Positions 61,395-64,000 of a DNA stretch of 64,000 bases are shown here, in pieces. Each line of letters begins with the position of its first letter. The first letter of the stretch is position 1. The translations under genes and the position numbers were made by a program. Below the pieces are notes generated by a model. The model saw only the letters and a program-made list of their open reading frames with translations, was not told the DNA's origin and searched no databases. The stretch is from a bacterium. Lineage in GTDB: Bacteria; Krumholzibacteriota; Krumholzibacteriia; G020349025. The DNA lies in contig JANLSU010000058.1 in NCBI GenBank assembly GCA_031362565.1, positions 10,338 to 74,337 of the forward strand, read 5' to 3'.

Positions 61395-62173
61395 GCGACT
61401 CACCGTGGTACGCCGACCGGTTCGACGCCACGTACTTGGAAACGTACGCGCACCGGGACCGTGCCGAAGCCGCTCGTGCGACGCAAGGCATTCTGGTGCC
61501 GCTCGGATTGCAGGGCCGCCGCGTGCTCGATTTGTGCTGCGGGGCGGGGCGTTATCTCGAGCCCCTCGTGGCGGCCGGTGCAGAGACGGTAGGGCTGGAT
61601 TTGTCGGCGCCGCTCCTCGGTGCGGCGCGGGCGGCTCTCGGCGGCCACGCTGCGCTCGTCCGGGCCGACATGCAACGGTTGCCTTTTCGAGCCGCGTGCT
61701 TCGACCGGGTGATCAACATGTTCACGAGTTTCGGATACCTGCCAGAGCCGGACGACGACCGAGCCGTGTTGGAGGAGGTTGCCCGGGTGCTCGTACCGGA
61801 CGGGGTGTTCGTGTTGGATACGTTCAACTCCGAGCTCGTGCGCGACGGTCTCGAGCCCGAAACGCACCGCACGGTCGGACGATGGGAAGTCGTCGAACGG
61901 CGCCGTTTGGACGCCGGGCGGGTCGTCAAGGAAATCGCCATGCAGTCGGGGAACGAGATTCGGCGCTATCGTGAAGACGTGCGCTTGTGGATGCCCGGCG
62001 CACTCATTGCCGCGGTGGAGGGCGCCGGGTTCGTGGTCCGATCGACGTATGGCGATTACGACGCCGGCGCCTTCGATGCGCGCTGCTCACCGCGCTTGGT
62101 GATCGCCGCGAGCCGCTCGTCCGCCCGCGGATCTGCACCATCGGAGGCTGCATGCGCGCCGTCGCGGCGTTGA
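61391..62173 (+). CDS. Class I SAM-dependent methyltransferase
   Basis: W...F...Y...Y.HRD..EA N-terminus, VLDLCCGAGR, G.DLS, ADM..LPF and NMFTSFGY; overlaps both nadB and bshC. Confidence 0.88.
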   Translation: MSDSPWYADRFDATYLETYAHRDRAEAARATQGILVPLGLQGRRVLDLCCGAGRYLEPLVAAGAETVGLDLSAPLLGAARAALGGHAALVRADMQRLPFRAACFDRVINMFTSFGYLPEPDDDRAVLEEVARVLVPDGVFVLDTFNSELVRDGLEPETHRTVGRWEVVERRRLDAGRVVKEIAMQSGNEIRRYREDVRLWMPGALIAAVEGAGFVVRSTYGDYDAGAFDARCSPRLVIAASRSSARGSAPSEAACAPSRR

Positions 62174-63669
62174 ATTGGGATGCTTACGGCTGGGCGACAC
62201 CGCTGGCCCGGGCGCAGGTCAAAGGGGACCTGCCGGAGGCGCTGCAGGCGCCGCGGCTGGTGGACGTTGCGCGTACCGCGAACCGCGCCGACATGCCGGC
62301 AGCGTTTCTGACCGCGTTCCTGGCGGAGCTTCCGGCCGCAGAACGGGCTCCTTGGGTGCCGCTTGGCACTCCCGGAGCGCGCGCCGTCGTTACCGGCCAG
62401 CAACCCGGGTGCGCCGGCGGCACCGCGCTCGTGTTGTACAAAGCCGCGACTGCGGTGGCCCTGGCCCAACGCCTCACGCAATCGTCCGGACGGCCCGTGG
62501 TGCCGGTGTTTTGGAATGCCACCGACGACGAAGATTTCGAAGAGATCGCGCGCGTTGGTTGGCTGGATGCAGCGTCGCGGCTGGCGTTTCTCGAACTGCC
62601 GCGCGAGGCGCGGACCGCAGCCGGTTGGGTGGGGGATCTGCCGGCGGCCGGTGACGAAGCCGCGGTGCAGGCGGCGCTCGCCACGATCGGCAGCGAGCGT
62701 CGCGGCGATTTCACGCTGGGTCTGGCTGCCGATCACGGCGCGTGGGTCGGCGCATTTCTGCGCCACGTGTTCCCGGAACTGGCGGTCCTCGACGCCCGCA
62801 GCGTTGCATTGCGCCGGCATGCCGCGCCGCTCTTTCGGCGCTATCTCGAGGCGCGTGACGCGGTGCCGGCCGCGGTCGAAGCCCAGATCGCCGGCGCTCA
62901 AGCGCTGGGTTTCGAGCGTACTCTGGCGGCGGCGAGCGTGCGCGCCGGGCTGTACTGGACCCCCGATCGCCGCCGGCAAAAGATCGGCGATGATTGGACA
63001 CCGCTCTTGACGGCGGTCGAGCGGGCACCGGAAACCCTGTCGCCGAACGTGCTGTTACGCGCTCTGGTGCAAGACACTCTGCTGCCAACCGTGGCGCAAG
63101 TCGTGGGTCCGGCGGAGATCGCCTATCTCGTCGAGCTGCGTCCGCTCCGGCGCCTCCTCGACGTAGCCGAACCGGCACTCGTGGCGCGCCTGACGGCGAC
63201 TCTGGTGCCGGAGCCGGCTTGGGAGGCATGGCAGGGATTGGGTGAGAGCGCCGAGTCGTTGGTGCGCGGTCCGGACGCCGGTCTTGCGGCGGCGGCAAGC
63301 GAGCGCGAGCGACCAGCGCGTGAGGCCCTCGCGGCCGCCTTCGCCGCCTGGCCCGATCGTCTCGCAGCTCTCGGTGTCCCCGAGGCGCCAAGAGTTCGCG
63401 CCGCGCGCAAGATGCAGGGCGTGCAGGAAGAACTCGACCGGGCGCTGGTCGACGCGGCGCGGGCGGGCCTGCTCGCGAGCCGTCCGGCGCTCGCCGGGTT
63501 GGAAACGCGCATCCGCCCCCGCGGCCAGGCGCAGGAGCGGGTGGTCGCCGGACTGTGGTTGTGCACGACGCTTGGGCCGGCGGTGCGCACCGCCCTTTTG
63601 GAACTTGCCGGCGTGCACCTCGACGCGCTCGCCGGGGATCACGCCGCCCACTACGTGGTGGCGCACTGA
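62152..63669 (+). CDS. bshC: Bacillithiol biosynthesis cysteine-adding enzyme BshC
   Basis: VVTGQQ.G, YKA, VPVFW...D.DF.E, SPNV.LR...QD.LLP, GP.E.AY and QER. Confidence 0.82.
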   Translation: MRAVAALNWDAYGWATPLARAQVKGDLPEALQAPRLVDVARTANRADMPAAFLTAFLAELPAAERAPWVPLGTPGARAVVTGQQPGCAGGTALVLYKAATAVALAQRLTQSSGRPVVPVFWNATDDEDFEEIARVGWLDAASRLAFLELPREARTAAGWVGDLPAAGDEAAVQAALATIGSERRGDFTLGLAADHGAWVGAFLRHVFPELAVLDARSVALRRHAAPLFRRYLEARDAVPAAVEAQIAGAQALGFERTLAAASVRAGLYWTPDRRRQKIGDDWTPLLTAVERAPETLSPNVLLRALVQDTLLPTVAQVVGPAEIAYLVELRPLRRLLDVAEPALVARLTATLVPEPAWEAWQGLGESAESLVRGPDAGLAAAASERERPAREALAAAFAAWPDRLAALGVPEAPRVRAARKMQGVQEELDRALVDAARAGLLASRPALAGLETRIRPRGQAQERVVAGLWLCTTLGPAVRTALLELAGVHLDALAGDHAAHYVVAH

Positions 63670-63678
63670 GGAGACTCG

Positions 63679-64000
63679 ATGACGATTTCCGCCGGATATG
63701 ATGTGCTCGCCATCGGCGCGCACCCGGACGACGTGGAGGCGGCGTGCGGCGGCTGGCTGGCGCAGCTTCGGCGTGATTCCTACCGGGTAGCGATCTGCGA
63801 CCTGACGCGTGGCGAACTCGGAACGAACGGTACGGTGGAGGTGCGGGCCGCGGAGGCCGCCGCCGCGGCGCGAGTTCTGGGCAGCGAAACGCGCCTGCAA
63901 CTCGGCCTACCCGACGGCGCGATCGACGCACGCGACCCGGAACAACTCGTCGCCGTGGTGCGGGCGTTGCGCACCCACCGGCCGCGTCTCGTGGTCACGC
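63679..64000 (+). CDS. bshB1: Bacillithiol biosynthesis deacetylase BshB1 (PIG-L family); runs off the 3' end of the window
   Basis: Own translation: MTISAGYDVLAIGAHPDDVEAACGG...DLTRGELGTNGT.E.R..EA..AA..LG...LGLPDG; GAGGAG RBS. Absent from the ORF track because no stop codon falls in the window. Confidence 0.88.
   Translation, partial: MTISAGYDVLAIGAHPDDVEAACGGWLAQLRRDSYRVAICDLTRGELGTNGTVEVRAAEAAAAARVLGSETRLQLGLPDGAIDARDPEQLVAVVRALRTHRPRLVVT

Noticed and set aside
5059-61403. Many other long antisense or alternate-frame ORFs (e.g. 5059-6570, 12802-15009, 19415-21766, 40088-42097, 59685-61403)
   Set aside because: They fully overlap well-supported genes and are Arg/Ala/Pro-rich, as expected from stop-codon scarcity at high GC.
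1-64000. CRISPR arrays, IS elements or integrases, prophage, defence genes, tRNA/rRNA
   Set aside because: No repeat-spacer pattern, transposase or integrase motif, marked GC shift or cloverleaf was noticed by eye; tRNAscan-SE and CRISPR finders would confirm.

Overview
High-GC (roughly two-thirds G+C by eye) bacterial chromosome segment, densely coding and almost entirely on the + strand. It is mostly a housekeeping super-cluster: moco (mobA, moaC), tatA, sucCD-ndk, yceD-rpmF-plsX-fabH-fabD-fabG-acpP-fabF-rnc, an ECF sigma/anti-sigma pair, aroB/aroQ, accB/pilT/accC, ftsK-rimO, bamD-nadD-polA-coaE-prfB(frameshifted)-lysS-lolC/E-lolD-mcsA-mcsB-clpC-bamA-skp-lpxD-lpxC/fabZ-lpxA-oxidoreductase-lpxB-DUF374/lpxK, nadB and bacillithiol genes. 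The organism is a diderm with LPS. The LpxC-FabZ fusion, FlgD-like C-terminal domain, McsAB-ClpC and BSH genes suggest an FCB-affiliated lineage such as Latescibacterota, Krumholzibacteriota or Eisenbacteria (inference). I saw no mobile elements, CRISPR arrays, tRNAs or rRNAs, and I cannot demonstrate a novel system from the sequence alone. The best candidates for follow-up are: (i) a CxxCH lipoprotein coupled to a FadL-like beta-barrel; (ii) a DUF374(LpxJ-like)-LpxK fusion together with a GnnA-like gene in the lipid A cluster; (iii) a methyltransferase-bshC-bshB1 cluster, possibly making N-methyl-bacillithiol; (iv) an extended, signal-less ChaN-like protein; (v) sigma-54 promoters in front of a PEP-CTERM gene, an orphan lipoprotein and pilT; (vi) a 6S-RNA-like hairpin. 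All product calls come from recognising motifs by eye; no database search was run. Several start codons were moved from the ORF track to fit RBS, gene overlap or homology.
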